Shown here in pieces: positions 1 to 11,333 of a DNA stretch of 64,000 bases; within the stretch, counting starts at the first letter, position 1; every line of letters begins with the position of its first letter. The notes beneath the pieces are model-generated. The model saw only the letters and a list, made by a program, of their open reading frames with translations, did not search any database and had not been told where the DNA came from. Origin of the DNA: Scenedesmus sp. PABB004 (taxonomy: Eukaryota). Both the position numbers and the translations under genes were made by a program. The stretch spans positions 620,001 through 684,000 of the forward strand of contig JABVCE010000004.1 in the NCBI GenBank assembly GCA_014905635.1. The letters run 5' to 3'.

Positions 1-226
1 CGGACACGAGATGGCGACGCATATCTGCGCGCGGGGCGGGGCGGGCTCATTCATGGATGCGCTCGAGAAGCTCCCCGCCCGCCCGCGCGCGCCGCGCCGC
101 CGCCGCGGCGCTCCCCGGCCGCACCTCTGCGTCGGGGTGCACGTCGTCGCCGCAGAGGTCGCACACGCAGCCGCGCATGTCGCGCAGGCGCGCCACGTCG
201 CCCGTGTCCACCGCGTAGGTCGGCAT
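1..226 (-). CDS. 5' part of a gene running off the window; Cys-rich, probable Zn-finger N-terminus
   Basis: ATG at 226, exon MPTYAVDTGDVARLRDMRGCVCDLCGDDVHPDAE, GTGCGG donor near 124, CGCAG acceptor near 25, then ICVAISCP. CxxC pattern. Confidence 0.55.
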
Positions 227-685
227 GGCGCCACCCGCGCGCGAGGCGCCGTCGAGGCGGGCGCGGGCGCCAAAGCCCGGCCCAGCAGGGCCGGGGGCGG
301 GCGCGAGGCGGGCCGGGCGCAGGCGGGTGCTGCAGCGAGGCGGGGGATGGGCGCGCGGGGGGCGCCGGTGGGTGCCTGGGCCGTGGCGGGGGCGGGGGTT
401 GCGGCGGGGGCCGGCGGGGGCACCAGGCACGCCGCTGTTCGAGGGCCCAAGCCTCGCGGTCTAGCGGCGCCCCCGAGGCCGCGCCGAGGCGGCCCTGTGC
501 AGCCCGGCTGGCCTGTGCAGATCCGGGCGGGCGAGGCGGCGCTGCCAGCGGCAGCGGCGGCGAGCGCGCGGCGCTCGAGCGGCAGCGCGCTGACGCCGTC
601 GCCGAGCCGCTGAGCGAGGGCGCCGCCGCGTGAGGCGGAGCGTGCGGGGGCCCTCACGACTGACGTTGCACCAGGGATCGCCCCG

Positions 686-2597
686 TCACTGCGGGCGCGC
701 CGGCGGCGGCGCCGCGACGCTGCCCAGCGGCTCGCCCGAGACGGTGCTGGCGGGCGCGCCCGCGAACGAGGGGCCCGCGGGCGCGCCCGACGGCGCGCCG
801 GTGCCGCCCGACGGCGCGCCGCCGCCGGTGCCGCCCGTGGCCGAGGGCGTGGGCCCGCGCGCCGCCGCCGCCGACGTGACCTCCAGCCCGCCGCCGCCGC
901 GCGCCCCGCCGCCGCACACCGAGTCTGCGCGCGCGGGGCGGGGCGGCGACGGCCGGTCAGCTGCGGCGGGGCGGGGCGGGGGCGGGGGCGGGGGCGGGGG
1001 CGGCGCGCGGCGCGCGGCGCGCACCCGACTGGCTGTTGCTCTCGGTCGGCTGCGCCGCCTGGCTGGAGGGGTGCAGCGACGCCGTGTGCTTGCGGCCCTG
1101 GCTGTCCGCGGGCGCCGGCTCCTGCTGCGGCGGCTCGCTCGCCGCGGCGCCGCCCGCGCCCCTGATCGGCTCCAGCAGCCGGTCGGCGACGGCGACAAAC
1201 GTGTCAAAGATGCTCTCGGGGTGCAGCACAAACTCGACGTACGACAACGCGCCGATGCCGTCGCGCACCGCGCCCAGCGCGACCTGCGGCCGCCGCAGGT
1301 CGGGCGGCGCGGCCGCGGCGTGGGCCGCGGCGGCCCGCCGCGGGAGCTGGCTGCCGGGGCGGGCTGCCCCGCGCGCGCCTGCAGCTGCCCAAGCGCCCGC
1401 GCTGCGGCGCGCGCGCGCGGCACGCGCCTCTGCGGCCTCCTCGGGCGGGTAGCCGTACACGCCGGTTGAGATGGCGGGGAACGCCAGGTTCTCCAGGCGC
1501 CGCTTGTTGGCCAGCTCCAGGCACGACCTGCGCGCGTGCGCGTGCGGTCAGCACACGGCGCGGCGGCGTGCGCCGGGCGCGGCGCGGCGCGCAGCGCCGC
1601 AGGCGCGCACAGGTACGCCTTGCGCAGCAGCGGCGCCGACTCCTCGGCGCTCTTGTAGATCGGGCCGACGGTGTGGATCACAAACTTGGCCTGCAGCCGC
1701 CCCGCGCTGCGGACGCGCGGCGCCGCGCGGCGGCGCAGCGGCGGGCCGTCAGGCATGGCCGGCGCGCGGCGCGCGGCGCCCCGGGCCGCCCGCGCCCGCT
1801 GCGGGCCGCGGGGCGCGCGCGGGCCGCACCTGGTCATGCGCGCCTCGCCGGTGGGGCAGCGCACGTCCGGCGCGACCTCCGGCACCTGCTGGCACGCCGC
1901 CAGCAGCTTGGGCCCCGCCGCGCGGTGGATGGCTGCGCGGCGCGGCGCGGGGCGGCGGCGCGGCGTGGGCGCGCGCGCCGGCCAAGCGCGCGCGCGCCGC
2001 CGCGGCCGCGCGCAGCGGCTGCGTGGCAGCGCATCAGCGCGCGGCGGCGCACCCCCGTCCACGCCGCCGCCGCCCAGCATGCGCTCATTGGCTGCGCACG
2101 GCGGGCGGGCGGGCGGCGTCAGCCCGGAGCGGTGCGGCGGCGCCCGAGCGCGCTGTTGGCGGCGGCGGCGGCGGCGGCGCCGGGCGCTGCCAATCCCCCC
2201 AGCTGCTGGCCCCCCAGCTGCATCGCGCACCCGCGTTGACGAGCGCGTCACCGCTCCACGCCGCGATGTCGCCCTGCGACAGCACGATCAGCGCCTCGCC
2301 GTGCTTGTACCACCTCGCGTTGGAGGAGGGCATCCTGGCGCCGGGTCCGCGCCCGGGCGCGCTGCGGTGGCGGGCGGGCGCGGCTGCGGTGGCGGCTGTG
2401 GCTGCGGCGGCGGCGGCGCCGCCCGCTGGCGGCTGCGGTGGCGGGCGGGCGCGGCTGGAGCGGCGCAGCAGCGGCGCCGGCGCCCGCCCGCCGCCGCGCG
2501 CCGCCGACGCCGCCGCGCACGCTGTGGCGGTGGCGGTCCGCGACGGGGATGCCCAGGAGGAGGGACGCAGCGGCGGCAGCAGCCGGGCAAGGCGCAT
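686..2597 (-). CDS. Macrodomain (Appr-1''-p / ADP-ribose hydrolase, MacroD/YmdB-like) protein with N-terminal targeting-like extension, about 7 exons
   Basis: Spliced motifs QGDIAAWSGDALVNA|ANERMLGGGGVDG|AIHRAAGP...CPTGEARMT|AKFVIHTVGPIY|LAFPAISTGVYGYPPEEAAE; low-complexity C-terminal tail. Confidence 0.9.
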
Positions 2598-2879
2598 GCA
2601 GCGGGCAGCGAGTTCTCTGCTGATCGGGCGAGCGCAGCGCGTCGGGCGAGCGCGGAACCGGGGCGCGCGCGACAGCGTGCGGCGCGAGCGGGCGCGGACG
2701 TCGGGAAGGCGTGGGGCTGCCGGCCGGAAGCTTGCGGAGTCGGAGCGCCGAACAACACGCAGCGAAACAACAGCAGCAGCTGTTGCTGCTCCGAAGGGCT
2801 CGCCCTGCGCCCATTCCAGTCTCCCAGCCTCAGCGCGCTCGTGCCGGAACCACACACGCGGCGCCAAGCAGCAGGCACG

Positions 2880-3521
2880 ATGCTCGGCGCCGCGCTGCGC
2901 CAGGCGGCGCCCGCGGCCGCCGCTCCCCGGCAGCGGCAACAGCGCCCCGGCGGCGCCGTGCAGCTGCCAGCGCCCCCCGCCTGTCGCACGCCGGCCGCGC
3001 TGCGGCGGCGACCGCTGCTGCTGCGCGCGCCGCCGTCGGCGGCCGCCGGTGCGGCGGAGCCGGCGCAGCCGCCGCTGCCGGAGCAGCCGCCGCCGCCAGG
3101 GGCGGTGCACGCCGGCGAGGCCGCCGCGGCGCCGGCGCCGCTCGGCCCGCCGCCGGCCGTGCGGCACCAGCCGGCGCTGGGCGGCAAGGAGCGCGCCGCG
3201 CTGCGCGGCGCGGCCGAGGCGCTCGCGCGCGAGCGCCGCCTGCAGCGCCTGCAGGTCGGCGCGGGTGGGCTCACGCGCAACGTGCTGCTTGCGGCCGCGG
3301 ACGCGCTGTGCGCGCACGAGTTCCTGCGCGTCCGCCTCGGCGAGGGCTGCGGCCTCGAGCGCAAGGCCGCCGCGGCGGTGCTGGCGGAGATGCTCGACGC
3401 CGCCGTGGTGGGCCAGGTGGGGTTCACCATCACGCTCTTCCGCCAGCGCGGCCTGCCGCGCCCCGACAACCTCGCCAAGCCGCCGCCCGGCGGCGGCGGC
3501 GGCGGCGGCGCGGCGGCGTGA
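2880..3521 (+). CDS. CRM (CRS1/YhbY) RNA-binding domain protein, probably organellar, intronless
   Basis: LGGKERAALRGAAE...LQVGAGGLTRNVL...ALCAHEFLRVRL...VVGQVGFTITLFR matches YhbY/CRM; Ala/Arg/Pro-rich transit-like N-terminus. Confidence 0.85.
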   Translation: MLGAALRQAAPAAAAPRQRQQRPGGAVQLPAPPACRTPAALRRRPLLLRAPPSAAAGAAEPAQPPLPEQPPPPGAVHAGEAAAAPAPLGPPPAVRHQPALGGKERAALRGAAEALARERRLQRLQVGAGGLTRNVLLAAADALCAHEFLRVRLGEGCGLERKAAAAVLAEMLDAAVVGQVGFTITLFRQRGLPRPDNLAKPPPGGGGGGGAAA

Positions 3522-3692
3522 GGCGGCCGGCTCGCGCCGACGGCCACCAACGACAATCACCACGCGGTCAACGCTGGCCACGCGCTGGCCACGCGCTGGC
3601 CGAGCCCTCCGCGTCCCGCCCCTCGGCCTGGCCCGGCCCGGCGCCCGCTGCCGGGCAGCGCGCGCGCCCGCCCGGGCGGCGCCGCGGCCGGC

Positions 3693-4616
3693 TCAGGTGC
3701 GGAGCTCGTCGACCATGCGGTTCGCGCCGCGCTGCTCCGCGGGGCGAGTGAGGACGTGCGCCAGGATGCCGGCGGCCGCGCCGAGCGAGGCGCCGCCCGC
3801 GTAGTGCACGGGCTTGGCGCCGCCGTTGCCGCGCAGGAGCCAGGCCGCCGCGGCGAGGCCGAGGACGCTGCCGGCCTGCGCAAAGTGGTCGGTGCGGCGC
3901 TGGCCCTCGTTGTAGTGCAGCCTAATTGCAGCAGATTGCGGCGGCGGCGGCGGTGAGCAGGCCAGGGCATGGCCGCGCCGCGCGCGAGCGCCAGGGCGGC
4001 GGCTGGCCCGCAGCGCTGTTAACACCTGTAAACGCGGTCCTCCATGCCCGCGCGGTCCATCTGGGTCAGTCTCAGGGAGCCCAGGACGACTGCGCGGGGT
4101 GGGGACAGGGCGGCGGCGCCACACCGCAGCTGAGCCGTCCAGCCCGCCGCGCCGCGCCGCGCCGCGCCGCGCGGCGGGCCTGGCGGCGATGCGCGCGATG
4201 AAAGCTCACACGTCAGCCCCAGGCCGGCCGCGGCGGAGTAAGCGGCGCCCTGCAGGAGCCTCAGAGGGTCCAGAGTCACGTTCTTGAGCAGGACGTCGCG
4301 CGCCGCGATTGCAGGCACGACCGCCAGCGCGCCCACGACCGCCCCGCCCTGCAGGCCCTTCTGCGAGATGTGGCACCTGCGGCGTACGATGGGGCGGGCG
4401 CCACGCGGCTGACGCCAGCGGCGGCAGACGATGGGGCGGGCGGCACGCGGCCGACGCCAGCGCGCCGCGCTGCTCGCTGCCGCCGCCGCGCACTGGGGCG
4501 CCCCGGAACCGCGCACGGGCGCTCCGGGACCGTGATCGGATCGGAAGCCCCTCTTACCAGAGCTTGGAGCAGGGGCAGGAGCTCGCGTCGAAGCGGTCGT
4601 CCTTCAGCTCGACCAT
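3693..4616 (-). CDS. DUF1757-like small membrane protein, 4 exons
   Basis: Exons MVELKDDRFDASSCPCSKLW|CHISQKGLQGGAVVG...|...GMEDRVYR|LHYNEGQRRTDHFA...; DRxYRLxYNxGQxRxD motif; glycine-rich TM helices. Confidence 0.65.
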
Positions 4617-5137
4617 CGCTGCTCGCTCGGCGGCGGTTGCCTGCGGCGGCGGTTGCTCCGCTGGGGTCTGCGGCGCGTCTGGTTGGGGAACCGCTCTGTT
4701 CCAACACACGCCGCGCATCGCGGCGCCGTCAACTGCTGAACCTTGAGGTTCAGCTCGCTGCCTGTCCGGCAGCCGACCCAGGGCCGTCGTCGCGGGCCCT
4801 GCAAGACAAAAAGAGGCACACAGCCCCGCCCCCACGACCCACGCCGCGGCGGCGGCGTGCACTGTGGATCGGCGCGCGCCGCCGCGCTGCGCACGGGCGC
4901 AGCGTGCGCACCGCGCGCGTCAATCCCCCGCCACAGCCCCGCCGCCGCAGCCGGCGGCGGCGGCGTGTGCAATTGCGCAGGCCCCTCTTGCAGCGCCCCA
5001 CGCGCCCGCGCCGCGTGCGCGCTGGGTGCCGGTGTGTGTGTTGTACACGCGGCGCGGCTGCCTCGCGGCAGCGCGCGCCGCCGCCGCCCGGGGGGGCGGC
5101 CTCGGCCCGGGCCGCGGCCGCGGCCCTGTCAGAGGGC

Positions 5138-5314
5138 GGGCCACACGGCCCTGTTTCTCACTGCTGTCCCTCAGAAGGTCGTGACCTTCTGACCTTGATC
5201 AAGGTCAAGGTCAATTGCCCCTCAGAAGGCGTTGCCCGCGATGAGGCTCAGAGGACGGGCCACGGCCCTGTTTCTCACTGCTGTCTCTCAGAAGGCGTTG
5301 CCGGCAATGAGGCT
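5138..5314. repeat. Imperfect tandem duplication of the subtilisin-1 3' end, with a palindromic 39-bp insert
   Basis: gggcca(ca)cggccctgtttctcactgctgt(c/t)..tcagaagg at about 5138 and 5257; ctcagaaggcgttgcc..atgaggct at about 5220 and 5287. Confidence 0.85.
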
Positions 5315-7426
5315 GCCATAGTGCTTGCCCGCGACCGGGTCGCGCGCGTCGCCGGCAAAGCCGTGGTCCGCGTGGCCGCGCGCGTACGCGGCCGCCGCGC
5401 GAGTGAGCTTGGCCCACTCGCTGCCGCGGTTGCTCGAGCACGCGCCCTTCTCGTAGCACATCGCCGCCTGCCCGGCCACGATCGGCGCGGCCATGGAGGT
5501 CCCGGAGAGGTAGCCGAGGTTGGGCGTGCCCGCGATGCACGCCGCGCTGCCGTCGGCGCACTTGTACGCGGGCTGGTAGCTCAGCACGCGCACGCCGGGC
5601 GCGGCGATCATGTTGGCGGGGCGGCCGCGCGCGGCGTAGTTGGAGAAGCGCGCGGCGGCGTCGTCGGTCTCGCCCGTGCCCGCGTCGAGGCCCCTGAGCC
5701 CGCCCGGCGCGCCGTCAAAGTCGGCCATCGCCGTGACGACGAGCGCGTCGCCGCAGTTGCCGGGGCTGAAGCGCGACACGTCCTGCCCGTTGTTGCCCGC
5801 CGCGACGACGACCGTGATGCCCTGCCGCGTGACGGCGCTGATCGCGTCGCAGACCTCCTCGTTCGTCTCGCCGCTGAGGCTGAGGTTGACGACGCGGATG
5901 CGCCGCGCGCGCCCGTTCTCGGCGACCCACGTCAGCGCCGTCACGACCGTGCCCATCGTGCCCTGCCCGCTCGCGCCCAGGACCTTGAGGCAGTACAGCG
6001 GGACGTCGGGGAACATGCCCACGATCCCGCTGCCGTCGCCGCGCGACCCCAGGATGCCTGCGCGGCGCGCGGCGATCATGTTGGCGGGACGGTCGGCGCG
6101 GCGTCGGATGTGGTGCGGCGCGTGCCGCGCTGCGGCGGGCCGCGGCGCGCGGCGCGCGGCGCGGGCCGGCCCTTGGCGGCGGTTGCCGCGCACCCGCGAC
6201 GTGCGTGCCGTGGCCGTTGCCGTCGAGGCCGAAGCTGTTGTCGCTCGTAAAGTCCACGCCGCCGACGACGTTGAGGTCGGCGTTGGTCACGTCGCAGCCG
6301 GTGTCAATGAGCGCGACAGCGACGCTGCCGTTGGCGGGCGCCTGCGCCATCGGGCGCGCGCTCGACGCCGCGCGGCGCGGGCTCACGATCGCGCCGATGC
6401 GTAGCAGCGAGGTCGTGGCCTCCGCGCCCGGCGGCAGGCGCACTGCGGCGGCGGCCGCGGCGCGCGCCCGTGCGCGGCGGCGGGGCGGCGGCTGAGCGCC
6501 GCGCGCGCTGGCAGGCCGGCGGGCCGCGGCCGCGGCGCGGCGTGGGGCGGCCGCTCACCCGTCGCGGCGGCGATGCCGACCCAGGTGTCGGGCACGACGC
6601 GCAGCACGCTGCTGTGCGCCGCCAGCTCGGCGACCGCGGCGGCCTCGTCGACGTTGGCGGGCAGGTCCAGCACAAAGCCCTGCACGCCGCCGCCGGAGAA
6701 GCTCTGCGCCGCGCTGGCGCCCGCGTCTGCGAGGCTGGCCGGCGGCGCGAGGCCGTCGAGGCCGGCGCCCGCGGCGAAGCTGGACGGCGCGGTCGTGTTG
6801 ACCAGCAGCCTGCGCGAGCGCGCGGGCGGCGGCGGCGCGCAAGTGTGACTGCTGCTCCCCCCGCGGCGCGCAGCCGGCTGTGCCACCAGCTCCCCGCGAC
6901 CGCTGCGCAGCCAGGCCGCGGCGCCGGCGCGCGCATCGCGGCGCCGCGGCGGCGCAGCGCGCTGGCTGCCAGCGCGGCCGCGGGCGCCGCCGCTGGGAGC
7001 TGCCGGCCCGCCGCGCCGCGCCGTGCGCTGCACGCCCCCTCGAGCGCTCACCCCGAGATGGCGGACGCCAGGTCGGGCACGCCCTCGCGCATGCGCACCA
7101 GGTAGCGGCGCGGCACGCGGCCAGCGGGGCTGGCAAAGTCGACCAGGGGGTCGTAGCCTGGCGCGAAGGGCGTGGCGAAGCGTAAGACGGCGTCCGGGCG
7201 GCCGCGCGCCCCGCGCGGGCGCCCGCACGGGGGCGGCCAGCAACGACCAGCGCGCGCGAAGGCGCGGCAGCGGCGCCGGGGGCCCACCTGCGGGCGCCGA
7301 GAGCTTGACGTCGTAGGCCAGCGGATCACGCAGCTCCAGCTCCGGCTCAGGCTCCTGGGCGCGCGCGGCGGGCGCGAGCAGCACCGCGGCCATGGCCAGC
7401 CCCCACAGCAGCACGGCGCGCGCCAT
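5288..7426 (-). CDS. Secreted subtilisin-like serine protease (S8) 1, with signal peptide and I9-like prodomain
   Basis: Signal peptide MARAVLLWGLAMAAVLLAPAARA; catalytic triad in VALIDTG, HGTHVAG, GTSMAAP; oxyanion motif VVAAGN. Confidence 0.93.
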
Positions 7427-8136
7427 GGGAGCTCAGGCGAGCGATCGCGCGCTGGTCAGGTGCAGGCACGGATCGGCACTCCCATCCAGCGCGTGCGGCG
7501 CTGAAAGCGTGGCTGGCTCTCGGGCGCGCGCGCAGGTCCCGCTGCGCTCGCCTGCCAGGGGCGCAGATCGCGGCGAGAGGCTGGCTCGCAGCGGCTGCGG
7601 ACTGCCTGCAACAGACTGTGCGTCCCGGGCGTGGCGGCGGAGCTCGGCTGCCGGCGGGGCGGCCTGACGGTCATGACGACTGGGATGCGAGCCAGCCGCG
7701 ACCCCCGAGCGCGCCGTGCCGGGCGCTCCGCGGGCCGGCTTCGAGGACGCGGTGAGTGCTTCAGAATAAATCGCCGCACCATGTGCAGCCGCGTGAGCTG
7801 GGGGTGCCTCGGCGGCGGACCAACCGCGAAAGTGGTTGGCGCCGCTGCTGCCAGCAGGCGCCCGCGGCACCCAGGGCTGCCATATATGGCTGCAGGCACG
7901 GCCGGCGAGGCCACAGAGAGCTGTCACAGCTCTCACTCAGACAGGGCACGCGCGCGGGGCGTCGCGTGTCGCAGCGACGCCGGCGCGCGCGGGGTTCGGC
8001 TCCGACCTCAGTCCGCCGCACACAGGGCGGGCAGGACTGCAATCTCTCCTGCACACGCACCACGCACCGAAAATTGGCGGCCTCGCGCCCCCGGCGGCGG
8101 CGCACGTGCGCCTGCGCCGCGCGCACGCCGCGCGCG

Positions 8137-10819
8137 TCACCAGCGGTTGCCGTGCACCATCCAGCCAAAGACCTTGCCGCCCTCCACGGGGCGCGACGGG
8201 TCGCCCTCGAAGCCGTAGCCCGGGTTGGCGAGGTTGTACTCGGCGGTCAGCCGCATGATGCGATCCATCTCGCTCCCCTCCTCCGCGCCGCACACGCCCG
8301 CGCGGTAGCACCGCGCCACGACCGACGCGACGTGCGGCGACGCCTGCGGCGGGCGGGGCAGCGCGCCTGGGCCGCAGGGGCCGGAGATGGCGCGCGCGCG
8401 GGGGCCCGCGGCGCGGGAGGCCCGCGGCGCGGGAGGCCTGGCGGCGCACCATGCTCGTGCCGGACAGGAAGGCCCAGGGGCCCCAGCTCACGCACTCCAT
8501 GCCGTACGTCCCGCACGCCTTGCGCGACCACGTCGACAGGATCAGCCGGCCTGCGCCCGGCCGCGGCGTTCGGCGGCGTCGGCGGCGCTCGGCAGGCGCG
8601 CGCGGCCGCCAGCCGCCGGCCCGGGGCGCGCTGACGGGGCGCGCGCACCCGGGCCCGCGACGGTGCGGTTGGCCGTCTCGGCGCTGCCCCAGTTGCTGAA
8701 GTCGGTCGCGGTGTCGTCCAGGTCCTCCTCGCCCGCCGGCGTGCCGAGGCCGCCGGGCAGGCCGTCGTAGTCGCTGACCGACGTCACCGCGAGTGCGGTC
8801 GGGCAGTTGGCGGGCGACGTGGTCAGCATGCTGCGCCCCTGGTTGCCTGCGGCGGCGCGGCGCGGCGCGCGCGGCGCGGGCGCGGGCGTGAGCGCGGCGC
8901 GCTCGCGCGGCACTCGCACGCGCGCGACAACGCACCCAGCATGCACGCAAACGTGAACGCCCCCCCCCCCCCCTACACACACACACACACACACGCACAC
9001 GCACACGCACACGCACACGCACACGCACACGCACACGCACACGCACACGCACACGCACACGCACACGCACACGCACACGCACACGCACACGCACACGCAC
9101 ACGCACACGCACACCCGCACACGCACGCGCACCCGCGGCGACGACAAAGGTGATGCCCGCCTTGACCGCGTAGTAGACGGCGTTGCACACCGCGACGCTG
9201 CTCGGCCCGCCGAGGCTCATGTTGGCGACGCGGATCTTGTTGGCCCGCCCGTTCGTGGCGAGCCAGTTGATCGCGCTCACGATGGAGCTGGTCGAACCGG
9301 TGCCGAGCTTGTTGAAGACCTGGGCGCGGCGCGGGGGTGTATATGCGGGGGTGTATATGAAAGGTGAGGCGAGGCGAGCCGAGTGTGGCTATCCGGGGGC
9401 CCGGGGGCGGCGCGGCGCGGCGCGGCGCGGCGCGCACCTGCAGCGCGAAGACCTTGGTGCCGGGGTGCACGCCGGACGTGCCGAAGCCGTTGTTGTTGGC
9501 CGAGATCGTGCCCGCGACGTGCGTGCTGCGCGGCGCAGCGGCGCGGCGCCGCGTGCTGTGGTGAGCGCGCTCCGCGCGCCGCCGCGGCGCCGCGCGGCGG
9601 TCGCCGGCCGGCCCCTCCCTGCGCACCCACAGCGCGCGCCTCACAGCGCGCGCACCCGTGGCCGTTGAGGTCCTCCAGCGGGTCCTCGCCCACGAAGCTC
9701 AGCCCGCCCATCACGTTGCCGACGAGGTCGGGGTGCCCCGCGTCGATGCCGGTGTCGAGCACCGCCACGACAACGCTGTCGCTCGTCACGTTGGGCTGCA
9801 CCCACGCGAGCTCGTCCGCGGCGTCGTTGTAGAGCGCCGCCTGCATGCGCAGCACGCCGGTCGGGACCTCCCACTTGCCGCCGATCGAGTTGACTGCGGC
9901 GGCACGCGGGCGGGGCGCATGGGGCGGCGCGGCGTCTGCCGCGCGCCGCGCCGCGCGACGCAGCGCCGCGGGCGGCGCGACGCATGCGCGGCCGCGGGCG
10001 CTGCCGCCGCCGCCGCCGCCGCCGTCGCCGCGTGGTTTGTCTGCGCGCCTGCGCGCCGCACCGGTGGCGAGCTCTGGATAGAAGAGCTGGTCGGGCTCGA
10101 TGTGCTTGATTGACGGCAGCGCCAGCAGCGCGGACAGCAGGCCCGGCAGGCCCGCGGGGCGGCGCGCGCGGAAGGTGAAGCCCTTGAGCAGGCCGTCAAA
10201 GCGCACCACCTCCTCCAGCCCACCCGTGGCGTTGCGCAGCGGCGGCAGCACGCTGCGGCGCGGCGCGGCCGGCGGCGCGCGCGTGGGCGCGCGGCCGCGC
10301 CGGCGCGCTGCGCGCCGGCGCGCTGCGGGCGCTGCCGCGCTGCGGGCGCTGCCGCGCACCGCTCCAGCAGGTCGTGCAGGTTTGGCACGTCCTCCCGCAT
10401 GGTGACGACGAACTGCCCGGGGATGACGGTCGGCAGCAGCCGGCGCGCTGCGCGCGGCGCGCGCGGCACGCAGCGCAGCGCAGCGGGCGCCGCGGGCAGG
10501 GGCGTCGGGCGCGGGCGCGCGCGCCGCGCCGCCCGGGCGGGGCGCTGCGGCACCAGCGCCGCCTGCTGCGCCGTCTGCTGCGCCCGGGCGGCGCTGCGGC
10601 GCGGCGGCGGCGCTCACGCGTCTGGAAGACGTTGGGCACCGCGAAGCCGTCCGGCAGCTGCAGCGCCTGCAGCGCCCGGCCCCGTGCCGCTGCGGGCGCT
10701 ACGAGTGCCAGGACCACAAGCGCGAGCGCGGGCGCCCAGGCGAGGCGCGGGGACGCCGGTCGCGCGCGCAGTTGCCGGACTGCCCTGGCCCGCCCGCGCG
10801 TGTGGGCCGCGGGCGCCAT
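8137..10819 (-). CDS. Secreted subtilisin-like serine protease (S8) 2, about 9 exons
   Basis: Hydrophobic signal region; prodomain IPGQFVVTMRE...HIEPDQ; VAVLDTG, NGHG|THVAG, FVVAAG|N, SGTSM|ASPHV. Confidence 0.93.
8960..9131. repeat. Intronic microsatellite: poly-C, (CA)n and about 20 x GCACAC
   Basis: Directly visible; lies in a subtilisin-2 intron. Confidence 0.95.
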
Positions 10820-11333
10820 GGCGCGGAGCGGCAGCTACTGCAGAGTCTCATGAACTCGGGGCGCGGCGGGCCAGGGCAGCAGCGGCCTCATTCGCAGGTG
10901 CGGCGAGAGCAGCAGCAGGCGCGGGTGAGTGGGGCCGCGCTGGTTTGAGAGAGGTGCCGGGGGACGTCGTGGACTGCGGGCGAGCGAGCCACAGGCAAGC
11001 ACCGGCGGCAGCAGAGCGGGCGCCCGCGGCCGGGGTGGTCAAGCTCCCGGCCAAGCTCCCGGCCTGCCCGGGGCTCTCCAGAGTGAGACACGCAGCAGAT
11101 GGCTGCGAAAAAAGTGCGCGGGGCAGCAGCTCCCTCGCAAATGGATGAGCCTGGACGCCAGCCTGGCCATCGCCCGGTGGTCACACCTGCAAATGCCTGC
11201 CGACGGGGCCGATAAACACGCGCCCGCGCGCCCCCGACGCCACACAAGCCTCGCAGACCACGATCAGCCTGCATCGCGCACGCCGCTCGCCTCAGCCGAA
11301 CCAAACACGCTCATGCCCACGGCAGGCCCCGCC

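Noticed and set aside
684..690. Possible TGA readthrough (Sec) fusing the macrodomain gene to the downstream Zn-finger gene
   Set aside because: No coding-like continuation or SECIS evident; the downstream gene has its own ATG at 226
4381..4465. Two 35-bp direct repeats resembling a mini CRISPR array
   Set aside because: Only two copies, no unique spacers and no cas genes; an intronic tandem duplication in a eukaryote
8941..9153. Poly-HA, poly-CV and poly-RV peptide ORFs
   Set aside because: Translations of an intronic GCACAC microsatellite
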